64,000 nucleotides of DNA from Marispirochaeta sp. (GCA_963676835.2 CAXXFF010000001.1:96001-160000), one strand, 5' to 3'; positions 9,015-19,813 are shown, numbered from the stretch's first letter. A program made the numbers and translations. The notes: generated by a model from the sequence alone, not told the origin.

Positions 9015-9917
9015 ATGAACAAGGCCGCCGAAGATACCGTCACTTCTCTGTATAAAAAATACAGCAGCCAACTTCTTCCCGTACAAACATCCCAAACTCC
9101 GGTACTTCCTCTACTGCCCATAATTGATACAGTTCTTTTTGATGTATACGGAACCCTGGTAATAAGCAGCAGTGGAGATGTGGGTACAACTGCAACTGAT
9201 TCTTCCGCATCTGCCTTTGCTGAAATTTTTACCACTGAAACAGGCTTAGACCTTCCTGACAACGCCGACATCAACATGCTGGTTAAAGATGAAATTCTTA
9301 AAAGCCACGGCAAAAGCCGCGAAAAGGGAATTAAATTCCCCGAGGTTGAAATACGCGATATCTGGAAAAATATTTTTGCCGGACTGAACAGGGATTATGA
9401 CTGCAATCTTCCGGTAGAGAGCAAAACGGTAAGGATTGCTGCGGTTGCTTACGAACTTTCCCGCAACCGGGTCTGGCCTATGCCGGGAAGTGCTTCTCTT
9501 CTTAAGCATCTGAAATCTTCCGGAATTGAACTCGGCATAATTTCCAATGCCCAGTTTTACACACCACAGATGCTGAACTGTTTTTTTCCCCTTGAAACAT
9601 CCTTTTTTCCGGAGAAAAACTGTATCTGGTCATATATTGAAGGCCGGGGAAAGCCTGACACTCAACTTTTTCAGAAATTTTTAACCGAAAATACCGGAAA
9701 ATCCCCTGAGCAAATTCTCTATGTCGGCAATGACATGCTGAATGATATCTATACCGCCGCTGAATGCGGCATGAAAACTGCTCTTTTTGCAGGAGATCAA
9801 CGGTCCCTGCGTTTGCGTGAAAACGATCCAAGGACCAAAAATATTACCCCAGATGCGGTACTGACATCCCTTGATCAGCTGTTGACTGTTCTGGGAATTG
9901 ACAACAGGTGCGAATAG
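9015..9917 (+). CDS. HAD-family hydrolase
   Basis: FDVYGTL, IISN, KPD, YVGNDMLND. Confidence 0.9.
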   Translation: MNKAAEDTVTSLYKKYSSQLLPVQTSQTPVLPLLPIIDTVLFDVYGTLVISSSGDVGTTATDSSASAFAEIFTTETGLDLPDNADINMLVKDEILKSHGKSREKGIKFPEVEIRDIWKNIFAGLNRDYDCNLPVESKTVRIAAVAYELSRNRVWPMPGSASLLKHLKSSGIELGIISNAQFYTPQMLNCFFPLETSFFPEKNCIWSYIEGRGKPDTQLFQKFLTENTGKSPEQILYVGNDMLNDIYTAAECGMKTALFAGDQRSLRLRENDPRTKNITPDAVLTSLDQLLTVLGIDNRCE

Positions 9918-9946
9918 TCCGCACTCTTTTAACAGGAGATACTTGT

Positions 9947-10792
9947 ATGAGAAAGTTTATGATAAGCCTTGTATTGCTTCTAATAGCCGGAGGAACGGTG
10001 TTCTACTTCGGATATGTACCATTCCGCATCGGCAAGGGCAACTATGGCGTGGTGTACACAAAAACCAACGGGTGGAACCACCCGGTTATTATACCCGGCG
10101 AATTTCACTGGTTCTGGCAGGGAGTCTTTCCGACAAACCTCAAATATTTCCAGATAAGTCTCTCCCGGCGCGATACTGCCGTTAACCTGCAGGGAACTCT
10201 CCCTTCCGGAGAAACATACAGCGACTACTCTGAAACTGCGGAAGATTTCTCCTACACGGTAAAAGCTTCAGTTTCCTATACCCTGGATCCCCATGTGCTG
10301 CCGGATCTTTTATCCAGCCATAAGGTAGAAACCAGTGTGGACTTTAACGCCGAGGCCCTCTCTCTTTCCGATCTGTATCAGAGGCTTGATGCAAGAATAA
10401 TGAGCACCGCCGATGATTCTCTTCAGGCAATACTCAAAAAAGGTGTCAATTATTTAAGCGGAGGAGAATACCGTCAGGAACTGGAAAAAGCCCTGCAGAC
10501 TGCCGTGCCCGAACTTGGTGATCTGGAGGTTATAGTTAAATCTTTTACATTTCCCGATGTAGATCTTTATAACAGCGTTCGCAGCAATTACATAGCCTAC
10601 CTTAACCGAAATAATGAACTTACCCTTACTGCCATGCAGACCGCTTCTTCGGTTAAGGCGAAGGAACTCAGCCGCATAGAGGTTCTCAAGGAGTACGGAG
10701 CACTCCTGGAAGAGTATCCGGTCCTGATGGATTATTATAATACCGGTGCAAGCACCGGGCCGCTTATAGTCCTGCCCGATACCGAGCAGTAA
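9947..10792 (+). CDS. Membrane-anchored hypothetical protein (SPFH-like N-terminus)
   Basis: RBS AGGAG, N-terminal TM helix, GVVYTKTNG...IIPGEFHW. Confidence 0.65.
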   Translation: MRKFMISLVLLLIAGGTVFYFGYVPFRIGKGNYGVVYTKTNGWNHPVIIPGEFHWFWQGVFPTNLKYFQISLSRRDTAVNLQGTLPSGETYSDYSETAEDFSYTVKASVSYTLDPHVLPDLLSSHKVETSVDFNAEALSLSDLYQRLDARIMSTADDSLQAILKKGVNYLSGGEYRQELEKALQTAVPELGDLEVIVKSFTFPDVDLYNSVRSNYIAYLNRNNELTLTAMQTASSVKAKELSRIEVLKEYGALLEEYPVLMDYYNTGASTGPLIVLPDTEQ

Positions 10793-10816
10793 TGGTAATT
10801 TCCAGAATGGAACCAG

Positions 10817-11317
10817 ATGGAATTCTTCTTTAATTTTCCCAAAGGTGAATATGTGCGGGCTGCTCATCCGGATGGATGTATCCTCTGCAGGCTCTGTGCA
10901 CACGATCCGGAGGTGCCGAATCTCTGCGTTTTTGCTACCGAACTGTTTGCAGTATCAGTAAACCTCTACCCCTTCAATCCCGGGCATCTTTTGGTCTATC
11001 CACTGCGGCATATAGAAGATGTCAGGGAGTTGAGCAGGGAAGAAGAAACTGAAATGGGACAGATTCGCAACAGCATGCTTGATGCGCTGGATAATTTGTA
11101 TTCTCCCCATGCATACAACATCGGGTTTAATATGGGTCGTGTGGCAGGCGCCTCAATACCGCATATCCATCTTCACATAATTCCCCGTTACCCCAACGAA
11201 ATCGGCATACCGGAGCTTATGGGCGGGAAACGGGTGCTTGTAGAAGATCCCCGGGAGACACGGGAAAAACTTATCAACTACTTTGAACGCCGGCCTTTCT
11301 CTATCCGCAATATCTGA
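10817..11317 (+). CDS. HIT-family protein
   Basis: NLYPFNPGHLLV, HIHLHIIPR. Confidence 0.93.
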   Translation: MEFFFNFPKGEYVRAAHPDGCILCRLCAHDPEVPNLCVFATELFAVSVNLYPFNPGHLLVYPLRHIEDVRELSREEETEMGQIRNSMLDALDNLYSPHAYNIGFNMGRVAGASIPHIHLHIIPRYPNEIGIPELMGGKRVLVEDPRETREKLINYFERRPFSIRNI

Positions 11318-13026
11318 TTAAAGAGATTGAGAAACTGATCAATATGATCGCTCCATACGGTAAGCAGATTCTCAAGGGATGTAGGCTTGTTATTCAGGTA
11401 AAAATGACTTCTCAGCTGTATCTTCACATTGTCTGATTTGCTGTATAGAATTTCCTGAAAAACCTTGGCAAGACCGCTCAGAGACTCATGGGCTCGCTCT
11501 ATGAGCGATTTAACCTCACGGTCCTTCTGAATAACCAGAGTCCGGAACATCTTCTGATGAGTAGGATCTCCAGCCAGAGAAAAACGCAGCCGGTGAAACT
11601 GTTTACCGTCTTCAGCATCATTGGACAAAGAGTTATCAAACTGCATTATCTTGTCCTCAAGATCCTCCAGATTAGATGCATAGGTGAGCAGTCGGTCCCG
11701 GGTAATCCTGTTCTGATCAACCACCGACCGTTCCAGAATCCTTACCACATCCTGCATATGCTCTCTGTAGTAGTTTATAATATAGTTGTAGACAAGATTA
11801 ACCGATTTTGTATGAATAAAAAACGGCAGCTCAGCAGCCTTGTAATCGATGCTGGTGTACATGCGGTAGTTGCGGAAATTAACGAAGCGCTTATTATGAA
11901 AAAACTTGGAGACTTCCCGGTCGATGTAGGTATCTCTAACCTTTTCAAAAATACGGTCCAGGTCTCCTAAAAGCCGTATTTTTAATATCGACAGGTAGAA
12001 TTCCTGAAGGTTCAAAGTGGGCATATAAAAAATCAGCTGATAATAGGGATCTTTGCGGAAATAACGGATAACATCCGCCAGAGGCACATCCCGGTTAAAC
12101 TTCTGGGCTGTCTTTATTGCGGTTTTTATGGCCGGAACCAGATCTGTCACCTCTTCCTCTTCTTCAGAAGAAAAAATCCTCCCAATCAGATCATCATCAA
12201 GATCGGTGTTATCGGAAATCTTGGATACTATGTAAACGGAGTAGTAAAGCCTTTCCATAATATCAAGAACCAGGTTGGCGGAGGCATTTTTGAAAAAAGG
12301 TTCACTCTCCTCAATATCTCTGGGTTCAACATAATGGAAAAACTGGAAGAGACTGTTGAAAGGAAACATGACAATTTCCTTAAGATAATAAACAGGCAGA
12401 ATAGATTCTTCCAGGGTGCTGTAAACTCCCGGATCAATGGAGCGGGTATACTCTTCAAGCTTATCGTGGATTTCGGAACGCAACAAAGCCTTTGTTCCGT
12501 TGGCTGCGTAAATCTCCACCATCTCTTCCAGGCTTAAAAGGTCTTCTATAGAGTGAACCACTTTATCCAGATCTTCTTCTATAAGAAGCGCAAGAACCTC
12601 CTGGAAATATTCCGCCTGGGACCAGAGTTTTTTAAAACCCGGGCGCAGGGGCAGGATATCCTTAAATACCGAAAAGATACGTTTACCAAATTTTTCATAG
12701 AGCACCTGTGTCTCAAAACCGACATATCCGGGGATTTTATGACGAATGGTCCTTCTCACTGCACTGAGCCTGCTGTCGTTAAAAGCGCTGGTGAGAGATT
12801 TCCCGGAAAAAGTACGCCGAAACCAGAGCATAAGCCTCTGTACCCAGTTGAGGCGGGAGATTTCGCCTTCTACCATTCTGCGCCGCTCTTCCCGGTTGGG
12901 ATCCTTATGATAGATATTATCTGCGCTGTCGGCATTGAAACTGAGGCTGTCACTGATTTTCTTTAAAAGAGCCCGGCGTTCATCATCGCCCAACGCCTGG
13001 CTCAACTCTCTAAGTACTTCGCTCAC
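11278..13026 (-). CDS. Conserved spirochaete hypothetical protein (DUF5312-like)
   Basis: 582 aa helical ORF coupled to thiN; family call from recall only. Confidence 0.65.
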   Translation of the reverse strand: MSEVLRELSQALGDDERRALLKKISDSLSFNADSADNIYHKDPNREERRRMVEGEISRLNWVQRLMLWFRRTFSGKSLTSAFNDSRLSAVRRTIRHKIPGYVGFETQVLYEKFGKRIFSVFKDILPLRPGFKKLWSQAEYFQEVLALLIEEDLDKVVHSIEDLLSLEEMVEIYAANGTKALLRSEIHDKLEEYTRSIDPGVYSTLEESILPVYYLKEIVMFPFNSLFQFFHYVEPRDIEESEPFFKNASANLVLDIMERLYYSVYIVSKISDNTDLDDDLIGRIFSSEEEEEVTDLVPAIKTAIKTAQKFNRDVPLADVIRYFRKDPYYQLIFYMPTLNLQEFYLSILKIRLLGDLDRIFEKVRDTYIDREVSKFFHNKRFVNFRNYRMYTSIDYKAAELPFFIHTKSVNLVYNYIINYYREHMQDVVRILERSVVDQNRITRDRLLTYASNLEDLEDKIMQFDNSLSNDAEDGKQFHRLRFSLAGDPTHQKMFRTLVIQKDREVKSLIERAHESLSGLAKVFQEILYSKSDNVKIQLRSHFYLNNKPTSLENLLTVWSDHIDQFLNLFNQILRIEKGRRSK

Positions 13027-13655
13027 TGCCTGTCCTCCGGCCCCAGATCGTATATCATAATGAGCCGACCACTTTTCATTTTTATCTCTATATGATCATC
13101 AAGTGCAATATTGCTTATCCCGAAATCACCGGGTTTCCACGAAAGCCGATCAAGAGGCCACTTCAGCCCTTCGGTGCTCATTTCAGCAGTCTGCATCCCA
13201 ACGGGGAAAAAGGAAAGCCTTCTACCAGGAACTGTTTTGATATCTGCAGTCCCCGAGATAAGGGATATGTGCTCCCTGTGGGTATACCAGTGATCAGGGG
13301 GATTATCCCGGTGAAACAGTGATATGATGGCATAGAGGTGATCCAGGCGCCCGCCTCCACCGCCAATAACATGTATGGTATCAGCACCTCTATCCCTGAG
13401 CAGATCTATGCCCAATTCGGTATCTGTCTCATCCTTATCGCGCTTGTGGCGATGCTGTATGAGATCGGGATACTGCTCAAGCAGTTCCGGACTGACAGAA
13501 TCAAAATCACCAATGATCTCATCGGGGTACAAACCGAGTGATGCCGCATGGCTTAAACCGGAATCGGCAGCCACGACCACATCCCAGGGCCTGAAAAGCC
13601 CTTCCATATCTTTCTTACTTGGGGCTTTTCCCCCGATCAGCAGACAACCTTCCAT
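13023..13655 (-). CDS. thiN: Thiamine pyrophosphokinase
   Basis: VAADSG, IIGDFDS, DKDETDTE, GGRLDH, GLKWPL, GISN. Confidence 0.92.
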   Translation of the reverse strand: MEGCLLIGGKAPSKKDMEGLFRPWDVVVAADSGLSHAASLGLYPDEIIGDFDSVSPELLEQYPDLIQHRHKRDKDETDTELGIDLLRDRGADTIHVIGGGGGRLDHLYAIISLFHRDNPPDHWYTHREHISLISGTADIKTVPGRRLSFFPVGMQTAEMSTEGLKWPLDRLSWKPGDFGISNIALDDHIEIKMKSGRLIMIYDLGPEDRQ

Positions 13656-13720
13656 TGCTTCTTCTTTCGAATAGAATACCAAAGGGGAGAAATATTTGCA
13701 AACTATGTAAGAAAAATTAC

Positions 13721-13799
13721 TTAAGAGCTTTTTAAGAGATCCGAAAATTAAAGGTGAAGGGACAAGGATGTCCCTAATTACAACATCACGGAGGATGTT
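13721..13799 (+). promoter_or_regulatory. Putative sigma-28 promoter and two CsrA-type GGA hairpins in the flagellin leader
   Basis: TTAA-N15-TCCGAAAA; AGGGACA-AGGA-TGTCCCT (13758-13775); AACATC-ACGGAG-GATGTT over the RBS. Confidence 0.7.
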
Positions 13800-14672
13800 A
13801 TGATCATCAACCACAATTTGAGCGCTATGTTCGCTCAGCGTACCCTCAAGTTCTCGAACCGTCGCGTAGACAGCAACATGGAATCTCTCAGCTCCGGTAT
13901 GCGGATCAACCGCGCCGGCGATGACGCTTCCGGTCTGGCAGTAAGTGAAAAAATGCGCTCCCAGATTCGCGGTCTCCAGCGGGCGGAACAGAATGCTCAG
14001 GACGGAATCTCCTTTATCCAGACTACCGAAGGTTATCTTCAGGAGACTCAGGACATTCTGCAGAGGATGCGTGAACTGGCAGTACAGTCTTCAAACGGTA
14101 TCTACTCGACAGAAGACCGGATGCAGATCCAGGTTGAAATCTCCCAGCTTGTGGACGAAATCAACCGTATCTCCAGCCATGCACAGTTCAACGGAATGAA
14201 CATGCTCACCGGACGTTTTGCCTCTGAAATGGGCGAAAACGCTGTAACTGCTTCCATGTGGTTTCACATCGGTGCAAACATGGACCAGCGCGAGCGGGTT
14301 TACATTGGTACCATGACTGCCCAGGGACTTGGAATTCAGGGTGCGAGCGGGGTTCCCGAGACTGCGACTTTTATCTCTATGGAGAGTCCCGACAAAGCCA
14401 ACATCGCAATCGGTGTTATCGACGAGGCCCTGAAAAAGGTTTCCAAACAGCGTGCTGACCTTGGCGCATACCAGAACCGTCTGGAATATGCAACTCAGGG
14501 CCTTTCTGTTGGAGCCGAAAACCTCCAGGCCTCTGAATCCCGCATCAGGGATGCCGACATGGCAGCTGAAATGGTGGACTTTACCAGAAACCAGATTCTG
14601 GTACAGAGTGGAACAGCCATGCTGGCCCAGGCCAACCAGAAGACACAGAGCGTTCTTCAGCTTTTCCAGTAA
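13800..14672 (+). CDS. flaB: Flagellar filament core protein FlaB
   Basis: [52 protein letters not shown]. Confidence 0.97.
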   Translation: MIINHNLSAMFAQRTLKFSNRRVDSNMESLSSGMRINRAGDDASGLAVSEKMRSQIRGLQRAEQNAQDGISFIQTTEGYLQETQDILQRMRELAVQSSNGIYSTEDRMQIQVEISQLVDEINRISSHAQFNGMNMLTGRFASEMGENAVTASMWFHIGANMDQRERVYIGTMTAQGLGIQGASGVPETATFISMESPDKANIAIGVIDEALKKVSKQRADLGAYQNRLEYATQGLSVGAENLQASESRIRDADMAAEMVDFTRNQILVQSGTAMLAQANQKTQSVLQLFQ

Positions 14673-14691
14673 ACCATTTTCCAACTGCAGT

Positions 14692-14723
14692 AAGCCGCTT
14701 CCTCAGGGGAGCGGCTTTTTTTT
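14692..14723 (+). terminator. Intrinsic terminator of flaB
   Basis: AAGCCGCTTCC...GGAGCGGCTT plus T-run. Confidence 0.85.
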
Positions 14724-14768
14724 ATATTGACACTGCAGGTCTCTCCTGATGTAATCGGAACGAAGATT

Positions 14769-16121
14769 ATGCAGATCCCTGAAAATATAAAAACCATAAA
14801 CAGAGTTCTCACACAGGCTGGTTTTCAATGCTATGTAGTGGGCGGTGCTGTCCGCAACTATGTTGCCGGCTTGAAACCGAAAGATTATGACCTCACCACC
14901 AATGCCCATCCCGACGATGTCATATCTCTTTTTCGCCGCACCGTGCCGACCGGCCTGGAACATGGTACGGTAACCATCCTCATGGGTAAGGAACAGTACG
15001 AAATCACCACTTTTCGTACCGAATCAACCTACTCCGACAGCCGACACCCCGACAAGATCGAATTTGCAGAATCAATCGAAGAGGATCTTTCCCGCAGAGA
15101 TTTCACCATGAATGCCCTGGCCTGGGATGTCAGCCATAAAAAAATTATCGATCTCCATGGAGGAACCGAGGCCATAAAGAAAAAGATCATTAAAGCCATC
15201 GGTTCCGCAGATGAGCGGTTCAAAGAAGATGCTCTGCGTATACTAAGGGCTGTCCGCTTTGTGTCCCAGTTGGGTTTCAGCGTCGAACAGGAAACACTGA
15301 AAGCTGCAGTACAGGCTTCAGAGGGCATACAAAACGTCTCCATGGAGCGAATCAGAGACGAGCTGATAAAAACCATACAGGGAGCCTACTGCTCGGATGC
15401 TTTTTTGCTACTCCATAAAGCTGGAATCCTTGGCCTGATACTTCCCGAACTGGAGGAGTGCAGCAATATTGATCAGAAGGGTATGCACTCTTTTGACGTA
15501 CTTACTCACAGCATATATTCCTGCGAAGGTGCCCCTGGAGAGAATCTGATAGTGAGAACAGCCGCCCTCCTTCATGACATCGGGAAAAATCCGTGCAGAA
15601 AAATAGACGATGAAGGTAATATCAGCTTTCATCACCATGAAAATATCGGCGCTGATATGGCAGAAAAGATTCTCAAACGCATGAAATTCCCCGGAGCAGC
15701 AGTCAAAGAAATCCGCCATCTTATACGGCAGCACATGTTTCATTATACCGATGAATGGTCCGATGCGGCGGTACGCAGGTTTATAGCCAGGGTGGGAGTC
15801 GAAAATATTAACAATCTGTTCCTTCTTCGCGGTGCAGACAGTTACGGGATGCAGCGGACCAGGACTGCACCGGATACTTACAACAGATTCAAACGCCGCA
15901 TACATGAGCAGATTGAGCAGAACCATGCGATTTCGTTAAAAGATTTATCAGTCAACGGTAATGAGCTTGCAGAGGCGGGTATTCCTAAAAGTCCGGTAAT
16001 GGGTGTTATTTTATCTGAACTGCTCGATACAGTTCTTGATGATCCATCTTTAAACAGGCGCGAAAACCTGATTGAAATAGCCTTAAATCTCTATAAGGAA
16101 ATCAGGAGCAGTAAGAGCTGA
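14769..16121 (+). CDS. CCA tRNA nucleotidyltransferase / PolyA-pol family protein with HD domain
   Basis: VVGGAVR, DYD, DLSRRDFTMNA, EDALRILRA, LLHDIGK. Confidence 0.92.
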   Translation: MQIPENIKTINRVLTQAGFQCYVVGGAVRNYVAGLKPKDYDLTTNAHPDDVISLFRRTVPTGLEHGTVTILMGKEQYEITTFRTESTYSDSRHPDKIEFAESIEEDLSRRDFTMNALAWDVSHKKIIDLHGGTEAIKKKIIKAIGSADERFKEDALRILRAVRFVSQLGFSVEQETLKAAVQASEGIQNVSMERIRDELIKTIQGAYCSDAFLLLHKAGILGLILPELEECSNIDQKGMHSFDVLTHSIYSCEGAPGENLIVRTAALLHDIGKNPCRKIDDEGNISFHHHENIGADMAEKILKRMKFPGAAVKEIRHLIRQHMFHYTDEWSDAAVRRFIARVGVENINNLFLLRGADSYGMQRTRTAPDTYNRFKRRIHEQIEQNHAISLKDLSVNGNELAEAGIPKSPVMGVILSELLDTVLDDPSLNRRENLIEIALNLYKEIRSSKS

Positions 16122-16128
16122 CTTAGGG

Positions 16129-16911
16129 CTACTCTTTTCGATTATAGTCTTTTTTGTCGTCAGCATCCTGACTATTCAGGCTGGTATAGGCCATTGCAGC
16201 CGCCGCCTGCTCTGCTTCTTTCTTGTTTTTGCCTTTCCCCGGACCAAAACTCTTATTGTTAAGGTCAACCTCAATCCAGAATGTCCGGTCATGATCCGGT
16301 CCAGATTTCTTTACCAGGCGGTAACGGGGATAATTATGATACTTTTTCTGGGCAAATTCCTGCAGAAGAGTTTTGTAGTCTTTTTTATGCCGGTTTTCCA
16401 GAACCTTATTAACCTCGTCTGCAAAAAAGCAGAGAATGAAGTTTCTAACACTTTTTATCCCGGAATCCAGATAGTATGCCCCGATAATTGCTTCCATGCA
16501 GTCCGCAAGAATGGCCTTCTTCGTTCTGCCCCCGGAATACTCTTCGCCCTTACCTATGAGTATGTAATTGTCTACCCTTAGTTTTCTGGCAATCTGGGCG
16601 AGGCTGTTTTCGCTTACAACAAAGGATTTGATTCGTGCAAGGTCGCCTTCTGCTTTATCCGGAAGAGTTTTAAACAGATATTCACTTATTACAATGCCGA
16701 GTACGCTGTCCCCGAGAAACTCCAGTTTTTCGTTGTTATCAACATCTTCATGAGTTTCATTCGCATATGAGCGGTGGGTAAAAGCAAGGTTCAAGAGATC
16801 TGATCTCTTGAACCTTATTTGTGCGTGTTTTTCAAAGAGCGAAAGCTCTTTTTTTCTTTCCGCAACAACCTTGGGGGATTTTAATGCCTGAAGCTTAGGT
16901 AGAGACCCCAC
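16129..16911 (-). CDS. rnc: Ribonuclease III
   Basis: NEKLEFLGDSVL, dsRBD DYKTLLQE...KKEAEQAAA. Confidence 0.97.
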   Translation of the reverse strand: MGSLPKLQALKSPKVVAERKKELSLFEKHAQIRFKRSDLLNLAFTHRSYANETHEDVDNNEKLEFLGDSVLGIVISEYLFKTLPDKAEGDLARIKSFVVSENSLAQIARKLRVDNYILIGKGEEYSGGRTKKAILADCMEAIIGAYYLDSGIKSVRNFILCFFADEVNKVLENRHKKDYKTLLQEFAQKKYHNYPRYRLVKKSGPDHDRTFWIEVDLNNKSFGPGKGKNKKEAEQAAAAMAYTSLNSQDADDKKDYNRKE

Positions 16912-16925
16912 AGTTTAACGCTGCG

Positions 16926-17162
16926 TTATTTTACCTGAGATTTAATGTAATCGAGAGCATCTGAGACGGTTTCGAACTCATTTGCTTTCTCGTCGGGAAT
17001 GCTGATTCCCAGTTCTTCTTCAATAGCGTAAACAAGCTCGTATGTATCGAGACTGTCTGCGCCCAGATCCTGACGAAAAGAAGATTCCAGTTTGATCTGT
17101 CCTTCTTCAATTTCCAGTTTCTCTGCGATCAACTTTTTCAGTTTCTCAAAAAGATCTTCCAT
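16926..17162 (-). CDS. acpP: Acyl carrier protein
   Basis: DLGADSLD. Confidence 0.97.
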   Translation of the reverse strand: MEDLFEKLKKLIAEKLEIEEGQIKLESSFRQDLGADSLDTYELVYAIEEELGISIPDEKANEFETVSDALDYIKSQVK

Positions 17163-17178
17163 TTCCTACTCCTTCAAC

Positions 17179-17367
17179 TTAAGCCATTTCTTCTAAATCC
17201 AGGACCTGTTTGCCCCGGTAGAAACCGCATTTGGGACAAACGCGGTGAGGAAGTACTTTGTTTCCGCAAGTTCCGCATTCCACGAGCTGCGGTGCAACCA
17301 AACGGTTGTTGATAGAACGACGGCGTCTGCTCCGCGCTTTGGAAGTCTTATATTTAGGTACTGCCAT
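17179..17367 (-). CDS. rpmF: 50S ribosomal protein L32
   Basis: MAVPKYKTSK, CGTC...HRVCPKCG. Confidence 0.97.
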   Translation of the reverse strand: MAVPKYKTSKARSRRRRSINNRLVAPQLVECGTCGNKVLPHRVCPKCGFYRGKQVLDLEEMA

Positions 17368-17425
17368 GCTTTACAACCTCGCAATCTCTTTAGTGCAACG
17401 AACGTAACCCATATATATAGCAATG

Positions 17426-17908
17426 TCAAGCACCTGTAAGGCGCTCCTTTAAAGCTTCTGCCACAACCGGTGGAACCATGGTATCTATATTACCGCCGAA
17501 CATTGCGATCTCTTTAATTGCACTGGACCTCAGTACAAAATATTTAGGATCTGTGGGCATAAAAATTATTTCAAGTTCAGGATTCAACTCTTTATTGGTC
17601 ATGGCAAGCTCAAACTCATAGCTGAAGTCAGCAAGAGCCCTAACCCCCCTGATCATTACAGAAATATCTTCCTGACGGGCATAATCCACAATCAGCTTAT
17701 CCCATAGGCTTACTTTAACGTTTGGAAGGTCCTTCATAAGCCCCTCCATAAGATCAAGCCTTTCTTCTTCGTCAAAGAGATACTTCTTTCCCCTGTTAAA
17801 TGCTATAACTATGTGAAGTTCATCAAATATCTTTGCAGCCCGGCTAATAAGATTAAGATGACCATGGGTGGGAGGATCAAATGATCCGGGTAAAACGGCT
17901 CTTCGCAT
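17426..17908 (-). CDS. coaD: Phosphopantetheine adenylyltransferase
   Basis: PGSFDPPTHGH, IRGVRALADFSYE, SSAIKE. Confidence 0.96.
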   Translation of the reverse strand: MRRAVLPGSFDPPTHGHLNLISRAAKIFDELHIVIAFNRGKKYLFDEEERLDLMEGLMKDLPNVKVSLWDKLIVDYARQEDISVMIRGVRALADFSYEFELAMTNKELNPELEIIFMPTDPKYFVLRSSAIKEIAMFGGNIDTMVPPVVAEALKERLTGA

Positions 17909-18010
17909 ACAGAATAGTACGGGGTGCCCGCATACAATGTCAATGATTGTTTTGGTCAGACATCTTTTTTCGTTTTGACAAACAGTGCGCAAACAGGTAC
18001 ACTTAAATCG

Positions 18011-18565
18011 ATGAAATATAGTACTATATGGCAATTGTCAATGATTGCTCTTCTGGCTGTTATCATTGCGTCCGGATGTGCCGGAGCGCCTGATCCGGCC
18101 CCTGAACCTCAGGTGGAAGAGCCGGAACCTGTTCCCGAGGCGGTAGCGCCTGTACCGGAGGAGCCGGAAGAGTTTGTTGTTACCGAAGAGATTTACAAAC
18201 AGACATTTGAGGATATTGAGGCATTTATACTCAACCTCAATAGTATAATAAAAGCGGAAGATTTTGATACCTGGGATTCCTTTCTCACCGATGAGTACAG
18301 GGCGTATTACAGTGATCCTGCGGTGTTGAAAGGTATTTCAGATGAGCTGAAGAAAAAGTTCCGCTATGAACTGCGGATGCGAACTCTTAAAGATTATTTC
18401 ATCTACATCGTAGTCGGCAGCCGCCAGGAGGCAGCCCTCGATGAGATTGAATTTATCGACGAAACGCATATTTTAGCCTATAGTATAGTGAATGATACAC
18501 CAGCCATACTTTACTATCTGGCATATGAAGAAGATGGCTGGAAAATTGCCAAATGGCAAGGATAG
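18011..18565 (+). CDS. Putative lipoprotein
   Basis: Signal peptide with lipobox IASGC, Pro/Glu-rich linker. Confidence 0.75.
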   Translation: MKYSTIWQLSMIALLAVIIASGCAGAPDPAPEPQVEEPEPVPEAVAPVPEEPEEFVVTEEIYKQTFEDIEAFILNLNSIIKAEDFDTWDSFLTDEYRAYYSDPAVLKGISDELKKKFRYELRMRTLKDYFIYIVVGSRQEAALDEIEFIDETHILAYSIVNDTPAILYYLAYEEDGWKIAKWQG

Positions 18566-18599
18566 GTTTAAATATATAAGTGAGCCCAAGGGAGATACC

Positions 18600-19319
18600 A
18601 TGAAGAAGAAAATTACAGTTACACTGCTTTTAATACTGCTTGTCAGTATCTCTGCTGCTTTTGCACAGAATACCACCGAAGAGAGAAACAAACCTGCAAC
18701 AATCGAAGAGCTGTATCTTCAGAGCGGCGATATAATGATTATGCGGGAAATGGCCTTTATCGATGACAGGGACATGAAAATACAGTCCTTGAACATGATT
18801 GAAGAATCTATCAAGGACGGCACCTTCAGCACCGGCGATCCCGGGGCACACTTCGTTCTTGATTATCTTTCCGAGGAAGGTATCAGCAGAGTAATCAAGG
18901 AAAACAACCGTCTTGTAAACTACTACCCCACAGTTCGCAGACAAGCTTGCAAACTCCTTGGTGAACTCGGCGGAGAAAACTCAAAAGCAACCCTTATCAA
19001 TGTTTTAAAGGTCGATGACGACCCTGTTGTACTTGCGGAAGCAGCCTACGCTCTTGGTGTTATAGGCATTGATGAAGAAGGAGAAGTCAGCAAGGCAATT
19101 GCCTTTGCCCTTCAGAATCAGGATCAGCTCGTTCCCAACGACAACTTCGCCCATGCCTCTCTCCTGGCTATTGAGAAGCTCATAGAGAAAAACGGCGCGG
19201 TAAATAACAGAGAAGTCTACTCAGCGGTTGTACAGATCGCCCAGAACAGCAACTATATCCGTCCGGTAAAGGAAAAGGCCTATCAGGTAATCTCTCTTCT
19301 GAGGACAACTACCAACTAA
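18600..19319 (+). CDS. Exported HEAT-repeat protein
   Basis: Signal peptide; VRRQACKLLGELG, VLAEAAYALGVIG. Confidence 0.8.
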   Translation: MKKKITVTLLLILLVSISAAFAQNTTEERNKPATIEELYLQSGDIMIMREMAFIDDRDMKIQSLNMIEESIKDGTFSTGDPGAHFVLDYLSEEGISRVIKENNRLVNYYPTVRRQACKLLGELGGENSKATLINVLKVDDDPVVLAEAAYALGVIGIDEEGEVSKAIAFALQNQDQLVPNDNFAHASLLAIEKLIEKNGAVNNREVYSAVVQIAQNSNYIRPVKEKAYQVISLLRTTTN

Positions 19320-19338
19320 ACGTTCCTGGAGTTTGAAT

Positions 19339-19383
19339 AAAAAAGCTGTCATGCACTACTTAACAGTGCAGACAGCTTTTTTT
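19339..19383. terminator. Bidirectional intrinsic terminator
   Basis: AAAAAAGCTGTC...GACAGCTTTTTT between convergent genes. Confidence 0.85.
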
Positions 19384-19423
19384 ATGTCCATTCTATTTGC
19401 CGATAAATGTTTAAGATATTTTT

Positions 19424-19810
19424 CTATCTTTTCAGTTTTTTACTGACTTTCTTTCGCCAGTCGAGAGCTTCTTCTTTTTCTTCAAGCTGTATCCGCTTGC
19501 GTACAATAAACCGGGATGTACCGCTGCCGGAACGAAACTTAACAACGCCGAAACTGCCTGCACCAAGATAAACAATCTTCTCTCTAGCCTGCATGTCTTC
19601 CTGTACGGCCAGTTCCTTCAATATGCAGTCGAAATGAGCAGGAGTGCGGCCTTCACCCCAGGCTATAGCAGTCAGCAGATCCCGAATACCTTTACCGCAA
19701 ATAGGACATTCCGCATGGAAGCGTTTTCCGCCGTTTCCCTTGCTTCTTCTACGGCCTCTTCCTTTTGGCCGTTTCTTACTGTTCTCGTTACCAGCCGGAC
19801 TATCACTCAT
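19424..19810 (-). CDS. Conserved spirochaete hypothetical protein with Zn-finger-like motif
   Basis: CPICGK...AHFDC, YLGAGSFG. Confidence 0.7.
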   Translation of the reverse strand: MSDSPAGNENSKKRPKGRGRRRSKGNGGKRFHAECPICGKGIRDLLTAIAWGEGRTPAHFDCILKELAVQEDMQAREKIVYLGAGSFGVVKFRSGSGTSRFIVRKRIQLEEKEEALDWRKKVSKKLKR

Positions 19811-19813
19811 TTA

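Noticed and set aside
11278..11317. 40-bp convergent overlap of the HIT and DUF5312-like genes
   Set aside because: Short 3' overlaps are common and there is no further sign of regulation.
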